In this document: piece by piece, positions 47,008-57,537 of the stretch | Numbering within the stretch: position 1 is the first letter of the stretch | Layout: each line of letters opens with the position of its first letter | Assembly (NCBI GenBank): GCA_029263315.1 | Contig: JAJCXR010000024.1 | Span: 124,526 to 188,525, forward strand | DNA from: Acidobacteriota bacterium | GTDB taxonomy: Bacteria > Acidobacteriota > Thermoanaerobaculia > Multivoradales > J023 | Length of the DNA stretch: 64,000 nucleotides | Direction of reading: 5' to 3' | Notes under the pieces: generated by a model | What the model was told of the DNA's origin: nothing | Databases searched by the model: none | Seen by the model: only the letters and a program-made list of their open reading frames with translations | Translations under genes and position numbers: made by a program

Positions 47008-49469
47008 GAATTTTCCTCCGTCAAGGCGTTGAGCTTCGAGCGTACGGTCTCGACATCGTCCCCTTCCAGGGAGAGGGCCCGGCGATAGGCGTTCTTGGCG
47101 AGCTCGAGGGCATTCAAGGCCACGTAAACATCTCCTAGATGCTCATGGATGGTCGGATCTCGAGGCACCAAACGGGCCGCCCACTCCAAGTGAATCCGAG
47201 CATCCTCATAGCGCCCCATCTTGTAGAAGGCCCACCCCAGGGAATCGACGTAGGCACCGTTGTCGGGGGTCAAGGCGACGGCCCGCTGAATGAGCCGGAG
47301 GGCCTGTTCCAGCAGTCGGCCTTCTTCGACCCACATATAGCCCAGGTAGTTGAGAGTGGGTGCGTGGTCTGGATCCAAGGCCAGCAACCGCTCGAAGGTT
47401 TCGGCGGCCTTCTCGCGCTGCTCCAGACGTTCTTGGGCGGCTCCCAATAGAAAAAGGGCCTGGATCGAATCGGAGCGCTGCGCCAAGACTCTTTCCAACA
47501 GGGGCAGAGCTTCGCTGTAACGCCCTTGCCCTTGCCACACCTGAGCGGCGAAATACAGGTTCTCCAGAGAGTCATCCGCCGTCAGAGTCTGGAGCACGGC
47601 GGCGGCGTCGACCTCGTCACCATGCTCGAACATCAGATCGAGGCGATCGGCCAAAAGGCGGCGCTGGACGGCGGCGTCATCCTCCGCCTTGGGCTGCAAT
47701 AGCTCGAGCGCTTCCGGCAAGCGATCGAGGTTGGCCAGGGCCTGGGCCCGCAGGATCCGGGCAGCGAAGCGGATGTCATCGTCGGCACTGCCCATGAGCC
47801 GGCCGGCCGCAGCTTCGGCTTGTTGCCATTGCTCCGCCGCCAGGAGGGCTGGCAAAGCGTGCAAGGCGAGGGTTTCTCGGGCCGACTGTTGCTCGTCCCC
47901 AAAACCCTCGGCGGCTTGCGCCAGGACTTCTTGGGCCGCCACCGGATCCTCCATGCTGCGATAGAGATCGCTCAGCAGCCGGGCGAAGATGACTTTCTCG
48001 TCGGCATCCGTGGCCTGCTGCATGCGACGTTGCAGGAGATCGATGGATTTGTCCGCCATGTCGTGGCGTTCCCACAGGGCGACCAGAGCCATCTCATTGC
48101 GCAGTTCTTCCCGTTGATCCAGGGAGCCGTCGGCCAACAGCTCTTGCAATGCATCGGCGGCTTCCAGGGGCCGCCCAACGCGCTCCAGGAGGCGAGATAG
48201 TAAACGAAGATCCTGCACCCGTCGCGCTCCGTCGCCGCCGACGGGCTCGATCAGAGGTCGCAGGGTATCGACGGCATCGTTGTAACGACCGAGGGAAGAC
48301 AAGATGGCTACCCGTAAGCGATGCAGGCCGGACTCCCCCGGCATCTCGGTGAGCAGGGAATCCGCCAGGGCCAGGGCGCGGTCGTTGTCGCCGCTCAAGT
48401 GCAGCTCGCGGGCCAAGACCTGGCGTAGCCGCGGATTGTCCTCGAGGTCGACGTCCGGTTGCAGCAGGGCCTCGGCAGCGGCCCGGTGATCGCCCCGCTC
48501 GCTGCGCAACTCGGCCAGACGCAAGCGATGCTCGGCTGCTTGGGGTGTTAAAACCAGGAGGCGCTCGAGCACCTTTTCGGCTTCCAGCTTCTGCTCACTA
48601 CCCAACAGGGCCTCCACCAACATGAGCTGTACCGTCGGCACGCTAGGGCGCAAGTCGGCGGCTAGGCGCAGCACATCCGCCGCCTCGACTCCCCGTCGCT
48701 GCCACAGGTAGAGTTGGCCGAGGGAGGTGAGGACTTGCATGTCCTCCTCCTCCGCTACCAGTCGATAGGCCTCCAGGGCCTCGGTGGCCAAAGGCACCGA
48801 GTCGAGGCGGTTCTGCTCCACCAGACGCAAATGCAGTTGCCCGTATTGCAAGAGGACGTCGGGGTTCTCCGGCGCCAGCTCACGGGCCCTCAAACCATGC
48901 TCGGTAGCCAGCAAGACGAGCTCGCCCCGTCTTCGCTCGGCCCGCGACATCTGCGCCATGCCGACCAGGAACTGGGCCATTTCGAGATGGGCATAGGGGT
49001 CACGGCCGTCCAGTGCCAGGGCCTTTTCGTAGGCGGTGAGGGCTTTGGAGAAAAGACCTTCTTCGGACAAAATCTTGGCTTGGGCAAAGGAGCGGGCAGC
49101 GGCCAGGGCCTGCTGGGGGGTGACCTCGGGCGGTGGAGGGATCTCTGGCTGTGGAGAAATTTCGGGGGCCGGGACGACGGATAACGTTTCGCCGAGGTCG
49201 GATGCCGTGGGCTCCGGGGCCGGCGTCGCCCCGTTCTCGGGAATGGCCTGGTCCTCGGATTGCGGCTCGACGGTAGCACCGGTGGGGGACGGTTCCGAGC
49301 TCTGTGGGCTAGGGTCTTGGGCCGCCAGGGGCGGAGCGACGACAAGCACTAGGAGCAGAGCCATGCCGATTTGGCGCCCCCTCCGATCGTCGCGGCAGGT
49401 GTGTTCAGCAGATTTCATCGCGGGTTGCAACCTTCCATGTCTTACGGTCCGCACAATAACAGTCTCCAC
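47004..49469 (-). CDS. Large secreted TPR-repeat protein with Pro-rich N-terminal region
   Basis: 821 aa with a signal peptide, a PEP-rich low-complexity region, then more than 15 TPR-like repeats. Confidence 0.7.
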   Translation of the reverse strand: METVIVRTVRHGRLQPAMKSAEHTCRDDRRGRQIGMALLLVLVVAPPLAAQDPSPQSSEPSPTGATVEPQSEDQAIPENGATPAPEPTASDLGETLSVVPAPEISPQPEIPPPPEVTPQQALAAARSFAQAKILSEEGLFSKALTAYEKALALDGRDPYAHLEMAQFLVGMAQMSRAERRRGELVLLATEHGLRARELAPENPDVLLQYGQLHLRLVEQNRLDSVPLATEALEAYRLVAEEEDMQVLTSLGQLYLWQRRGVEAADVLRLAADLRPSVPTVQLMLVEALLGSEQKLEAEKVLERLLVLTPQAAEHRLRLAELRSERGDHRAAAEALLQPDVDLEDNPRLRQVLARELHLSGDNDRALALADSLLTEMPGESGLHRLRVAILSSLGRYNDAVDTLRPLIEPVGGDGARRVQDLRLLSRLLERVGRPLEAADALQELLADGSLDQREELRNEMALVALWERHDMADKSIDLLQRRMQQATDADEKVIFARLLSDLYRSMEDPVAAQEVLAQAAEGFGDEQQSARETLALHALPALLAAEQWQQAEAAAGRLMGSADDDIRFAARILRAQALANLDRLPEALELLQPKAEDDAAVQRRLLADRLDLMFEHGDEVDAAAVLQTLTADDSLENLYFAAQVWQGQGRYSEALPLLERVLAQRSDSIQALFLLGAAQERLEQREKAAETFERLLALDPDHAPTLNYLGYMWVEEGRLLEQALRLIQRAVALTPDNGAYVDSLGWAFYKMGRYEDARIHLEWAARLVPRDPTIHEHLGDVYVALNALELAKNAYRRALSLEGDDVETVRSKLNALTEENS

Positions 49470-49618
49470 AAGCTTCTTACAACTCGTTCATTCCAGTACC
49501 TTTACACCATTCCCACTGAACGCTAAGATGGGTCCAGAATCGACGGCTGGGGATGCAGGGTCGAAGCGGAAGTCGACGGATTCAATAGTCTCCGTCGGCC
49601 CTCTGGCCTGCACATCTC

Positions 49619-51238
49619 TTGCCAGTGAGCTTGCGGATTTCGGGAGCCTGTGACGGTCTCCGCAAGATCACACCGTCGGCACGACCCGATCAGCATCTCA
49701 CAGCTGACGATGTTCGACGGATAACTAACGAAGCCCTGAGACGGTTGAAATCTTCGATGTTGGAATCTTCAAAGTCCTCTCCAAAGCCGACGCCCAGCAA
49801 GAAACTGGGACAGATGCTCATCGAGCGCGGTGCCATCACCGGTGAGCAACTGCTGCGTGCCATCGACAGCCAACGGTCGGTCGGCGGACGTATCGGCACT
49901 TGCCTCCTGGAAATGGAAGTGCTCAGCGAGGATATCTTGCTGGAGACCCTGGCGGAGCAGCTCTCGGTGCCGGCGTTGCCCGCCGTCTATCTGGTGAGCA
50001 TCGACGACGAGACACTTCAACTGGTGCCCTCACAAGTGGCTAAGCGTTGCCAGGCGATCCCCTTTGCCGCCGAAGAGGGGGAGGTCCAGGTGGCCATCCT
50101 CGATGTGCGCGACCTCGGCTGCCTCGACGAGCTTGCTTTTTGCACCAGCCGACGGGTGCACCCCCACATCGCCAACGAGGCACGTATTTTTCAGGCCCTC
50201 GAGAGGCACTACGGGCATGCCTGCCCATCGCGTTACGTGCATTTGGTGGATCGTTTGGAGGGCCAGAGCTATCAATGGCAGGAAGGCGCTCTGGTGGCGG
50301 AGGGCCCCAAGGCCTTGAGCACCTCGTGGCAGGCCAACGGCGGCTCGACACGGCCAGCAGCGCAGCCGTCGTCGGCAACGCAGCCGTCCATGCCGAGGGC
50401 TGCGCTGTCGCCTCCACCCGCAGCCGATCTGACACCGAAGGTCCAAGGTCCGACCTTCGCTACGCCAAGCTTCGACGATCAGCCGGAAGCCGTGGTGCCG
50501 GCGGAGGGCAAGGCCCCCCCCAAGACGACCTACGAGCCCTTGATCGCCCGACAACCGGAGGCCCCTTCGGAAATCCCCACTTCGCCGTTGCAGGCTATCC
50601 TCGGTGAGGCGACTGGGCCCCCGCCAGCGGAGCAGGATACGGCCTCGGCAGAGGGCAGCCCATGGTCAGCGGCGGTACCGGCTGCGGACGGTATTGCAAT
50701 GGCAGACAGAATGGTCTCGGCGCCTCGGCCGCCCTCCCCTTTCGACGACATCGAGCGTCTGCTCAGCCGACAGAGCGACCGTGACGTCATCGGACAAATC
50801 CTCTTGCGTACCCTGTCCGTCGCCTTCCGTCGCTGCGCCCTGTTCAAGGTGCACCGCCGGGTGCTGCGGGGTTGGTTGTCCCGCGGGCAGGGTTTCGATC
50901 ACCAGCTTTTCTTGGATCTCGAGTTGTCGTTGGAGGACTCCTCCATTTTTCGGCACCTGCAGCAGGGTAGCGAGATCTATATCGGTCCCCTTCCCCACTC
51001 ACCGGCCCATCGTCGGATGGCCTGTACGTGGGGGGGCGATTTGCCCAAGGACTGTCTCATGATGCCGATCCGGGTTCGCGATCACATGGTTTGTGTGGTT
51101 TACGTCGATAACGGAACCGCGGGTCTCCACCAACCGGACGTCGATGGGCTCCGGAATCTGGTGCACCGCGCTTCCCTGGCTTTCGAGTGGTGCATAATGC
51201 GCAAGAAAAGCCTACAGCAGGACGAGAGAGGAAGATGA
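49619..51238 (+). CDS. GspE/MshE N-terminal (T2SSE_N) domain protein with Pro/Ala-rich linker and C-terminal GAF-like domain
   Basis: LIERGAITGEQLLRAIDSQRSVGGRIGTCLLEMEVLSEDILLETLAEQLSVP matches the T2SSE_N domain. The start codon is uncertain. Confidence 0.6.
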   Translation: MPVSLRISGACDGLRKITPSARPDQHLTADDVRRITNEALRRLKSSMLESSKSSPKPTPSKKLGQMLIERGAITGEQLLRAIDSQRSVGGRIGTCLLEMEVLSEDILLETLAEQLSVPALPAVYLVSIDDETLQLVPSQVAKRCQAIPFAAEEGEVQVAILDVRDLGCLDELAFCTSRRVHPHIANEARIFQALERHYGHACPSRYVHLVDRLEGQSYQWQEGALVAEGPKALSTSWQANGGSTRPAAQPSSATQPSMPRAALSPPPAADLTPKVQGPTFATPSFDDQPEAVVPAEGKAPPKTTYEPLIARQPEAPSEIPTSPLQAILGEATGPPPAEQDTASAEGSPWSAAVPAADGIAMADRMVSAPRPPSPFDDIERLLSRQSDRDVIGQILLRTLSVAFRRCALFKVHRRVLRGWLSRGQGFDHQLFLDLELSLEDSSIFRHLQQGSEIYIGPLPHSPAHRRMACTWGGDLPKDCLMMPIRVRDHMVCVVYVDNGTAGLHQPDVDGLRNLVHRASLAFEWCIMRKKSLQQDERGR

Positions 51239-51501
51239 TCAAGGCCGATATTGTCAATCGTGTTGCGGAGGCGGCCGAAGTGCCGCGAACCAAGGCTGCC
51301 CTGGCGGTCGATACCATCTTCGACGCCATGCGGGAGGCGCTGCGCAATGGTAAGCGCATCGAGTTACGCGGTTTTGGAGTCTTCCAAGTGCGGGATCGCA
51401 AGCGTGGTGTGGGACGCAATCCCAAGACCGGGGTGGAGGTCGCCATCACCCCAGGAAAGACGGTGCGCTTCAAACCGGGGAAAGAGCTCAAGAACCTGTG
51501 A
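51235..51501 (+). CDS. HU/IHF-family DNA-binding protein (IHF-like)
   Basis: MIKADIVNRVAEAAEVPRTKAALAVDTIFDAMREALRNGKRIELRGFGVFQVRDRKRGVGRNPKTGVEV. Confidence 0.85.
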   Translation: MIKADIVNRVAEAAEVPRTKAALAVDTIFDAMREALRNGKRIELRGFGVFQVRDRKRGVGRNPKTGVEVAITPGKTVRFKPGKELKNL

Positions 51502-51582
51502 ATGGGCCGGGCGCTGGAAGAAGAGCTGGGTGACGAGACGGGTGAAGCTCGGCAGCTTCCCAGAGTGTTCAGGTGAGGCTGC

Positions 51583-52038
51583 TCAGAGAACCTTGCCCTG
51601 CCTCACGTCGAGTACGAAGGTTACCGGACCGTCGTTGACCAACTGCACCTTCATGTCTGCCCCGAAGCGCCCTCCGGCGACGCCGAAACCAAGGTCGGTG
51701 AGGCGTGCCATCAAGGCTTCCACCAACGGCCGCGCCTTGTCGGGGGCGGCCGAATGGTTGAAGGACGGGCGCCGTCCCTTGGCCAGGCTGGCCCCCAAGG
51801 TGAACTGCGATACAACTAGAAACCGGCCCTGGACGGCACCGATGTCGAGGTTCATCTTGCCGGCGTCGTCCTCGAAGATGCGCAATCCGGCGAGTTTGTC
51901 GGCCGCCACCTCGACCTCCTTCGGCGTGTCCTGGCGCTCGATACCCACCAGTAGGAGGATTCCACGGTCGATGGCGCCGACGACCTCCCCGGCCACCCGC
52001 ACCGATGCATTCTCAACCCGTTGCAGAATAAGGCGCAC
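51583..52038 (-). CDS. dtd: D-aminoacyl-tRNA deacylase
   Basis: MRLILQRV...SQFTL and the NDGPVT motif. Confidence 0.9.
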   Translation of the reverse strand: MRLILQRVENASVRVAGEVVGAIDRGILLLVGIERQDTPKEVEVAADKLAGLRIFEDDAGKMNLDIGAVQGRFLVVSQFTLGASLAKGRRPSFNHSAAPDKARPLVEALMARLTDLGFGVAGGRFGADMKVQLVNDGPVTFVLDVRQGKVL

Positions 52039-52164
52039 GTTTTACGTCCTAGTAAGTAGTTGAAGCCCTTGGGCCCGCGGGCGCCCCGTCGACCACCCGG
52101 TGCGGTAGTGTGGGAGCCTCGGCCCAGATATGATAGCGATAGATCGTTAGTTGAGGAGATCAAG

Positions 52165-52662
52165 ATGGTCAACAAAGTGATTCTGATCGGCAACTTGGGG
52201 CGTGATCCGGAGATCCGATCGACGACCTCGGGCATGGCGGTGGCCAATTTCAGTATGGCCACCAGCCGCAAATGGAACGATCGGGACGGAAATCGTCAAG
52301 AGCAGACGGAGTGGCACAACATCGTCTGCTTCGGTCGTCAAGCGGAGATCGCCGGGCAGTATCTGACCCGGGGCAAAAAGATCTATGTTGAAGGGCGCCT
52401 GCAGACCCGTTCGTGGGACGATCGCAACACCGGCGAGAAGAAGTATCGCACCGAGATCGTATGCGACAACTTCCAGATGCTCGGCAGCCGCCAAGATGGC
52501 GGTGGGGGCGGCGGTTACCAAGGCGGTGGCGGTGGCTACCAGGGCGGTGGCGGCCAAGCCAGTGGTGGCGGTGGCCAAGACGACGGCCCGCAAGGGGCCC
52601 CATCGCAGGGCCCCGATGGCGGTGGCTTCGGCCCGGAAGACGACGACGACATTCCGTTCTGA
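52165..52662 (+). CDS. ssb: Single-stranded DNA-binding protein
   Basis: OB-fold N-terminus, a Gly/Gln-rich linker, and the acidic tail DDDIPF. Confidence 0.9.
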   Translation: MVNKVILIGNLGRDPEIRSTTSGMAVANFSMATSRKWNDRDGNRQEQTEWHNIVCFGRQAEIAGQYLTRGKKIYVEGRLQTRSWDDRNTGEKKYRTEIVCDNFQMLGSRQDGGGGGGYQGGGGGYQGGGGQASGGGGQDDGPQGAPSQGPDGGGFGPEDDDDIPF

Positions 52663-52679
52663 GCCGCCGCCCCGCCCAT

Positions 52680-55307
52680 TCAGCTGAGGCGTTTCTTGAG
52701 GCTGTGCAGGAGGTTCAGCGCCGCCAAGGGGGTGAGTTGGTCGAGGTCGCTGTCGCGTAAGACCTGGGCCACCATCTCCTCCGGCGGGGTGAAGAGGCTC
52801 AGCTGCTCTTTGTCCTGGGGAGCGGGCCGTAACTCCCCCTGCGCCCTCCGGGGCTCGCCGCTCGGGTCGTATTCCTGCGCCTCCAGATTGGCCAATACTT
52901 CGGCGGCCCGCTCGACCACCGACGCCGGTATCCCGGCCAAACGGGCCACGTGCAGGCCGTAAGATTTGTCGGCGCTGCCGGCGATCACGCGGCGTAGAAA
53001 AACGATTTGATCCTGCCACTCGCGTACCGCCAGGGTGCGGTTGACCACCCGGGGTAACAGTTGGGCTAGCTCGGTGAGCTCATGGTAATGGGTGGCGAAC
53101 AGGGTCTTCGGCCGCCGCTCCTGGTGTAGGTACTCGACGATCGCCCAGGCCAGGGAGAGACCATCGAAGGTGGCGGTACCCCGCCCCACCTCGTCGAGAA
53201 TGACCAGGCTGTGGTCGCTGGCGTAATTCAGAATATTGGCGGTCTCGATCATCTCCACCATGAATGTGGATTCACCGCGGGCCAAGTCGTCGCTGGCACC
53301 GACCCGGGTGAAGATTCGGTCGACCGCCCCCATCTCCGCCGCCTCCGCCGGCACAAAGCTGCCGCTGTGGGCCATCAGGACGATGAGGGCCACTTGCCGT
53401 AGATAGGTCGACTTACCACCCATGTTAGGACCGGTCAGGATGACGATTTGCGACTCCTCGGCGTCGAGCTCGGTGTCGTTGGGCACGAAGGGATCGCGGC
53501 TCGTCGCCTCCACCACCGGATGACGTCCCTCCCGTAATACCAGAGGTTGCCCGGCGGCATGCACCTTGGGACGGCAATAGCCCCGTTTCGAGGCTTGCTC
53601 GGCAAACGACAGCAGGACATCGAGCTTGCCGAAGGCCGCCGCCAGGCGGTGCAGGCCCTCGCTATACCCCGCCACCAGCTGCCGCAGCTCTTCGAAGTAA
53701 CGTTCCTCCAAGGCCAGCTGCTTCTCCTCGGCCCCTAGAACCTCTTCCTCGAGCTCTTTGATCTCCGGCGTGACGTAACGCTCAGCGTTGACCAACGTCT
53801 GTTTGCGGATGTAGTGCTCGGGGACCAGATGCTGGTTGGCCTTGGTGACTTCGAGGTAATAACCGAAGACCTTGTTGTAGCGAATCTTCAACGAGCTGAT
53901 GCCCGTCTTTTGGCGTTCGGAGGTTTCCAACTGCAACATCAGCTGTTTGCTGTCGCGGGCCAGGGTTCGGCTGCGATCGAGGTCGGGGTCCACCCCATCG
54001 TTGATGACGCCACCGTTTTTCAGCACCGAGGCCGGTTCCTCCAGCAACAGGCGGTGCAGCTCCGAGGCCAGCTGCGGCAGCGGATCGCTGGACGCCACCT
54101 CCACCAACAATGGGCTCTTGCAGTCCCCCAGGCGCTGCAGAATGTCGGGGGCGACGCTCAAGGTGTGACGTAAAACCACCGCCTCCCTCGGTGTCAAGGT
54201 GCCGAGCACGGCTCGACTGAGCAGACGCTCAGGATCGCCCACCGCGGCTAGCTGCTGCATCAGATCCTGGCGTAGATCGATGTCCTGGAGCAGCTCGGCA
54301 ACGGCGTCATGCCGCAGGTCGATCGCTTCCGGGTCATTCAACGGACGGCGCAACCAGTCGCGCAATAGACGCCCCCCGGGCGGTGTCGAGGTGCGGTCGA
54401 GGACCTGCAACAGGCTCCCCTTGCGGGTGCCTTCCCGCTGATTGCGGAAGACCTCTAGATTGGCCAGGGTGGTGGCGTCCAACAGCAGGTATTCGGAGCT
54501 GTCGCGCAGTTGCAAGCTGCGCACATGGGATAAATCGTTGCGTTGTGTTTCCCGGGCATAGGCCAGGGCCGACGCCGCCGCCAGCACCGCCGGCTCATCG
54601 TGCTCGAGGCCGAAACCGCGCAGGGTTTGGGCGTTGAAGTGGTCCAAGAGAAGCTGCGCTGCCTTGCGGGGATCGAGCCAGCGGTCATCGGCCAGCGGCG
54701 TGCGGCAAACCACCTCCCGCTCGACGAAGGTTATGATTTCTGGCGGTAAGCTGGGCTCCTCGGCCAGCACCTCCCGCGGCCGCAGGACTCCGAGATCCTC
54801 CAGGGCGGCCACGGCGTTGGACCAACGGCGGACGAAGAAGTCGCCGGTGCTGATATCGAGAAAGGCGCCGGCCCCGGAGTCGTCGACCCACACCAAACAG
54901 GCCAGAAGATTCTCTTCCTTGCCTTGCAGCAGATTGGGTTGCGAAATCGTGCCGGGGGTCACCACGCGGGTCACCTCCCGACGCACCAGCCCCTTGGCCT
55001 GAGACGGGTCCTCCACCTGATCGCAGATGGCCACCTTCAAACCCGCCGACACCGCCTTTGCCAGGTAGGTGTCGAGGGCATGGTGCGGCACGCCACACAT
55101 GGGCACCGGATTGGTGTCCTTATGGCGCGCCGTCAGGGTGACTTCGAGCACCTCCGCCGCCTTTTTGGCGTCTTCGAAAAAGAGCTCGTAGAAGTCACCC
55201 ATGCGGTAGAAGACCAATGCGTCTTCGTGCTCTGCCTTCACTTCCAGGTAGTGAAGCAGCATCGGCGTCAACTTGGGCTTGCCTGTAACCTTCTTGGAAC
55301 GTGCCAT
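52680..55307 (-). CDS. mutS: DNA mismatch repair protein MutS
   Basis: TPMLLHYLEVKAEHEDALVFYRMGDFYELFFEDA mismatch-binding domain and the ABC ATPase GPNMGGKST. Confidence 0.95.
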   Translation of the reverse strand: MARSKKVTGKPKLTPMLLHYLEVKAEHEDALVFYRMGDFYELFFEDAKKAAEVLEVTLTARHKDTNPVPMCGVPHHALDTYLAKAVSAGLKVAICDQVEDPSQAKGLVRREVTRVVTPGTISQPNLLQGKEENLLACLVWVDDSGAGAFLDISTGDFFVRRWSNAVAALEDLGVLRPREVLAEEPSLPPEIITFVEREVVCRTPLADDRWLDPRKAAQLLLDHFNAQTLRGFGLEHDEPAVLAAASALAYARETQRNDLSHVRSLQLRDSSEYLLLDATTLANLEVFRNQREGTRKGSLLQVLDRTSTPPGGRLLRDWLRRPLNDPEAIDLRHDAVAELLQDIDLRQDLMQQLAAVGDPERLLSRAVLGTLTPREAVVLRHTLSVAPDILQRLGDCKSPLLVEVASSDPLPQLASELHRLLLEEPASVLKNGGVINDGVDPDLDRSRTLARDSKQLMLQLETSERQKTGISSLKIRYNKVFGYYLEVTKANQHLVPEHYIRKQTLVNAERYVTPEIKELEEEVLGAEEKQLALEERYFEELRQLVAGYSEGLHRLAAAFGKLDVLLSFAEQASKRGYCRPKVHAAGQPLVLREGRHPVVEATSRDPFVPNDTELDAEESQIVILTGPNMGGKSTYLRQVALIVLMAHSGSFVPAEAAEMGAVDRIFTRVGASDDLARGESTFMVEMIETANILNYASDHSLVILDEVGRGTATFDGLSLAWAIVEYLHQERRPKTLFATHYHELTELAQLLPRVVNRTLAVREWQDQIVFLRRVIAGSADKSYGLHVARLAGIPASVVERAAEVLANLEAQEYDPSGEPRRAQGELRPAPQDKEQLSLFTPPEEMVAQVLRDSDLDQLTPLAALNLLHSLKKRLS

Positions 55308-55368
55308 GGGCGAAAGATTACAGAGAATTCACTGAAACGCAACGCCGCCGCGAACCTCTCCGAGACCG

Positions 55369-57057
55369 TCACGGCTTTCGACGGTTGTCCTGGCTCGGAT
55401 CGAAGTGCACTTTGCTCGACAGAATCTTGCCCGACAGCTTGTCGTAGAGCGACACCACCATGTCGTGGGGACGCTTGCGGACCTTCATCGTCGTGTCATA
55501 GACGGTGAAGTCGTCGTCTGTGGGTTCTTCTGAGACCCGGATGCCCAGGGGAATGACCGGAATATCCGAGGTATTGCCACCGTCGTCGAGCACCGCGACG
55601 CGCAGCTCCGTATCGGCAATCCACTTTCCCTCCTGTTGCAGGAAGGTCAGGGCCCCCACCGGGATGGCGATGCGCAGGGGCACGATCACCTTGCCGAAGC
55701 CGGACTTCTTACCCTCTCCCACCTCGACCCGCAGGGGCGCCGCGCTGGGGGGATCGCCGAAAAGCAGAGAGCTCTCCACCATCATGGTGACCTCGGTCTG
55801 CCGGGAGAGATCCGAAAAACCTTCGCGGGCCCGTACCTTGAGTCCTTTACGGCGCATTTTCACCTCCACCCGGTGGGCGCTGTCGTCCCCCTGCCAGGTG
55901 GGCGTGAAACCAAGCCAGTAATACGACCGAGTATCTTCGACGGCACTGGCAAAGGCATTGAGGCTACCGGCATCGAGGGCGGCGCGACCGCCGGTATCAC
56001 GGGCCAAAGAGCTGAGGGCCAGCTCCTCCTCTTGCTCCCGGTTGAAGAGCTGGTTGCGCCGCAGACCGGCCTGCTCGACGGTGAAGTCCTCGGTGTCGAG
56101 AACGGAGCCGCCAAGCCCCGGTACGTCCACCGGATACAGCGTGTAGCTGAGGCGATTGGCCGTCTCGGTGAGGGGTGCGTAGAGACGGTCGTAATTCTCC
56201 GCCCCACCCACATAGACGGTGCGCTGCGGATCGTTGATCACCCATTCGGTGGGATTGTGGGGCCAACCGCCCGAAAGCAGCAACATGGCCTTGCGTCCCG
56301 GCGGGTTGGCGAAGCTGCGCAGGGCGGAGCTGGCCGCCAGGACCACGCGCTTCACTTGATTGGCGATCAGATCTGCCTGCTGCTGCTCCTCCAGGGAGAT
56401 GGTGGATTCCACGACGGTGGACAGCTCGCTGGTGGACTGCGCCAGGTTGAGGCCCGTACGATCGTCGTCCGTGAGCTCGAAGATACGACGCTCGGCCCGC
56501 CGTTGTAGGCCGAACGCTGGGCGTCCCTGGGCTTTGCGGAAGACGTCCTCGAGCTCCTCCGTCGACTGGCTCCACGAGGTCAGCATCTCGACCTGATTGC
56601 CGTTGTAGGCCACCACGGCCATGCGATCCTCCGGGTTGAGCAAGGGCAATTGCTCCATCATGGCCTGCAGGACCCGGTTGCGGTCCACCTGGATGCTGAA
56701 GAATTCATCGATGAATACCAGATAGCTGGTGCCCACCCTTTCGCCGGGGGCCAGGGCCGGTAGGGTGCCGGCGGCGTCTTTCTTTTCCATGTTCGCCACC
56801 CCGCCGGTGACTTCGGTGAAGTACTCGATGGGCACTTCCGTGCCATCGACTCGCAACAGGAAATCGTCGGGCTGCAAGCCGCGCACCCGCTCCCCCTTCT
56901 CCGTCACCACCACTTCCAGGTTGACCACCCGCACATCGATGACCTCACCGAAAGTATTCGCCTGGGCCGACAGGGGCTGCGCCAACAGACCCGCCAACAA
57001 TAGGGTGAGCAGGGCGATCAGCGGAACGACGGCCAGCCCGAGAAAGGACAGCTCCAT
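55369..57057 (-). CDS. Secreted VWA-domain protein of the VWFA-related 'acidobacterial' type
   Basis: Signal peptide MELSFLGLAVVPLIALLTLLLAGLLAQPLSAQA followed by a VWA fold. The ORF-track start at 57201 adds 48 aa encoded by tandem repeats. Confidence 0.7.
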   Translation of the reverse strand: MELSFLGLAVVPLIALLTLLLAGLLAQPLSAQANTFGEVIDVRVVNLEVVVTEKGERVRGLQPDDFLLRVDGTEVPIEYFTEVTGGVANMEKKDAAGTLPALAPGERVGTSYLVFIDEFFSIQVDRNRVLQAMMEQLPLLNPEDRMAVVAYNGNQVEMLTSWSQSTEELEDVFRKAQGRPAFGLQRRAERRIFELTDDDRTGLNLAQSTSELSTVVESTISLEEQQQADLIANQVKRVVLAASSALRSFANPPGRKAMLLLSGGWPHNPTEWVINDPQRTVYVGGAENYDRLYAPLTETANRLSYTLYPVDVPGLGGSVLDTEDFTVEQAGLRRNQLFNREQEEELALSSLARDTGGRAALDAGSLNAFASAVEDTRSYYWLGFTPTWQGDDSAHRVEVKMRRKGLKVRAREGFSDLSRQTEVTMMVESSLLFGDPPSAAPLRVEVGEGKKSGFGKVIVPLRIAIPVGALTFLQQEGKWIADTELRVAVLDDGGNTSDIPVIPLGIRVSEEPTDDDFTVYDTTMKVRKRPHDMVVSLYDKLSGKILSSKVHFDPSQDNRRKP

Positions 57058-57123
57058 CGACTGCGGATTCAAGCTTTGGGCCTTGCCGAAGGATCTCGCC
57101 CGGTGGCCCGAGGGCAAACGTTG

Positions 57124-57178
57124 AAAAGCACCCGTTGTACTCAAAGCACCCTTTGTATCTAAAGCACCCTCTGTATCT
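57124..57178. repeat. Three tandem 18-19-bp repeats (AAAGCACCCNTYGTAYYT) upstream of, or in an N-terminal extension of, the VWA gene
   Basis: aaaagcacccgttgtactc / aaagcaccctttgtatct / aaagcaccctctgtatct. In the minus frame they would encode [18 protein letters not shown]. Confidence 0.8.
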
Positions 57179-57537
57179 TGTGTCATGATCGATTGCCTCA
57201 TGATGATGTCTCCTTGACGGGCCTACCCATGCCGACATGGCATGCTCGAACCCTTAGGGCATTAACGAATAGCAAAAACGGTACCACATTACCCGGTGCT
57301 TTGGATTGTTTCACCGTGCCTCGCCGGGTCGCCTCCGTCGAGGCTGGCGAGAGCTTGCCGAGGTCTGAATCGAGACCGGTGAGCCGCCCCGGTGTCCTCC
57401 AGGGGGGACATCACCCCGTCCCTCCCCGGCAGCGCTTGATGCCCGGCCTTGTCTCACCCCAGCGCCCTTGCTATTCTGCCGCACCTTCTCAGGACACTGC
57501 CCGCAGGCACGTCAACCACATATTTCGAGGCTTTGAG

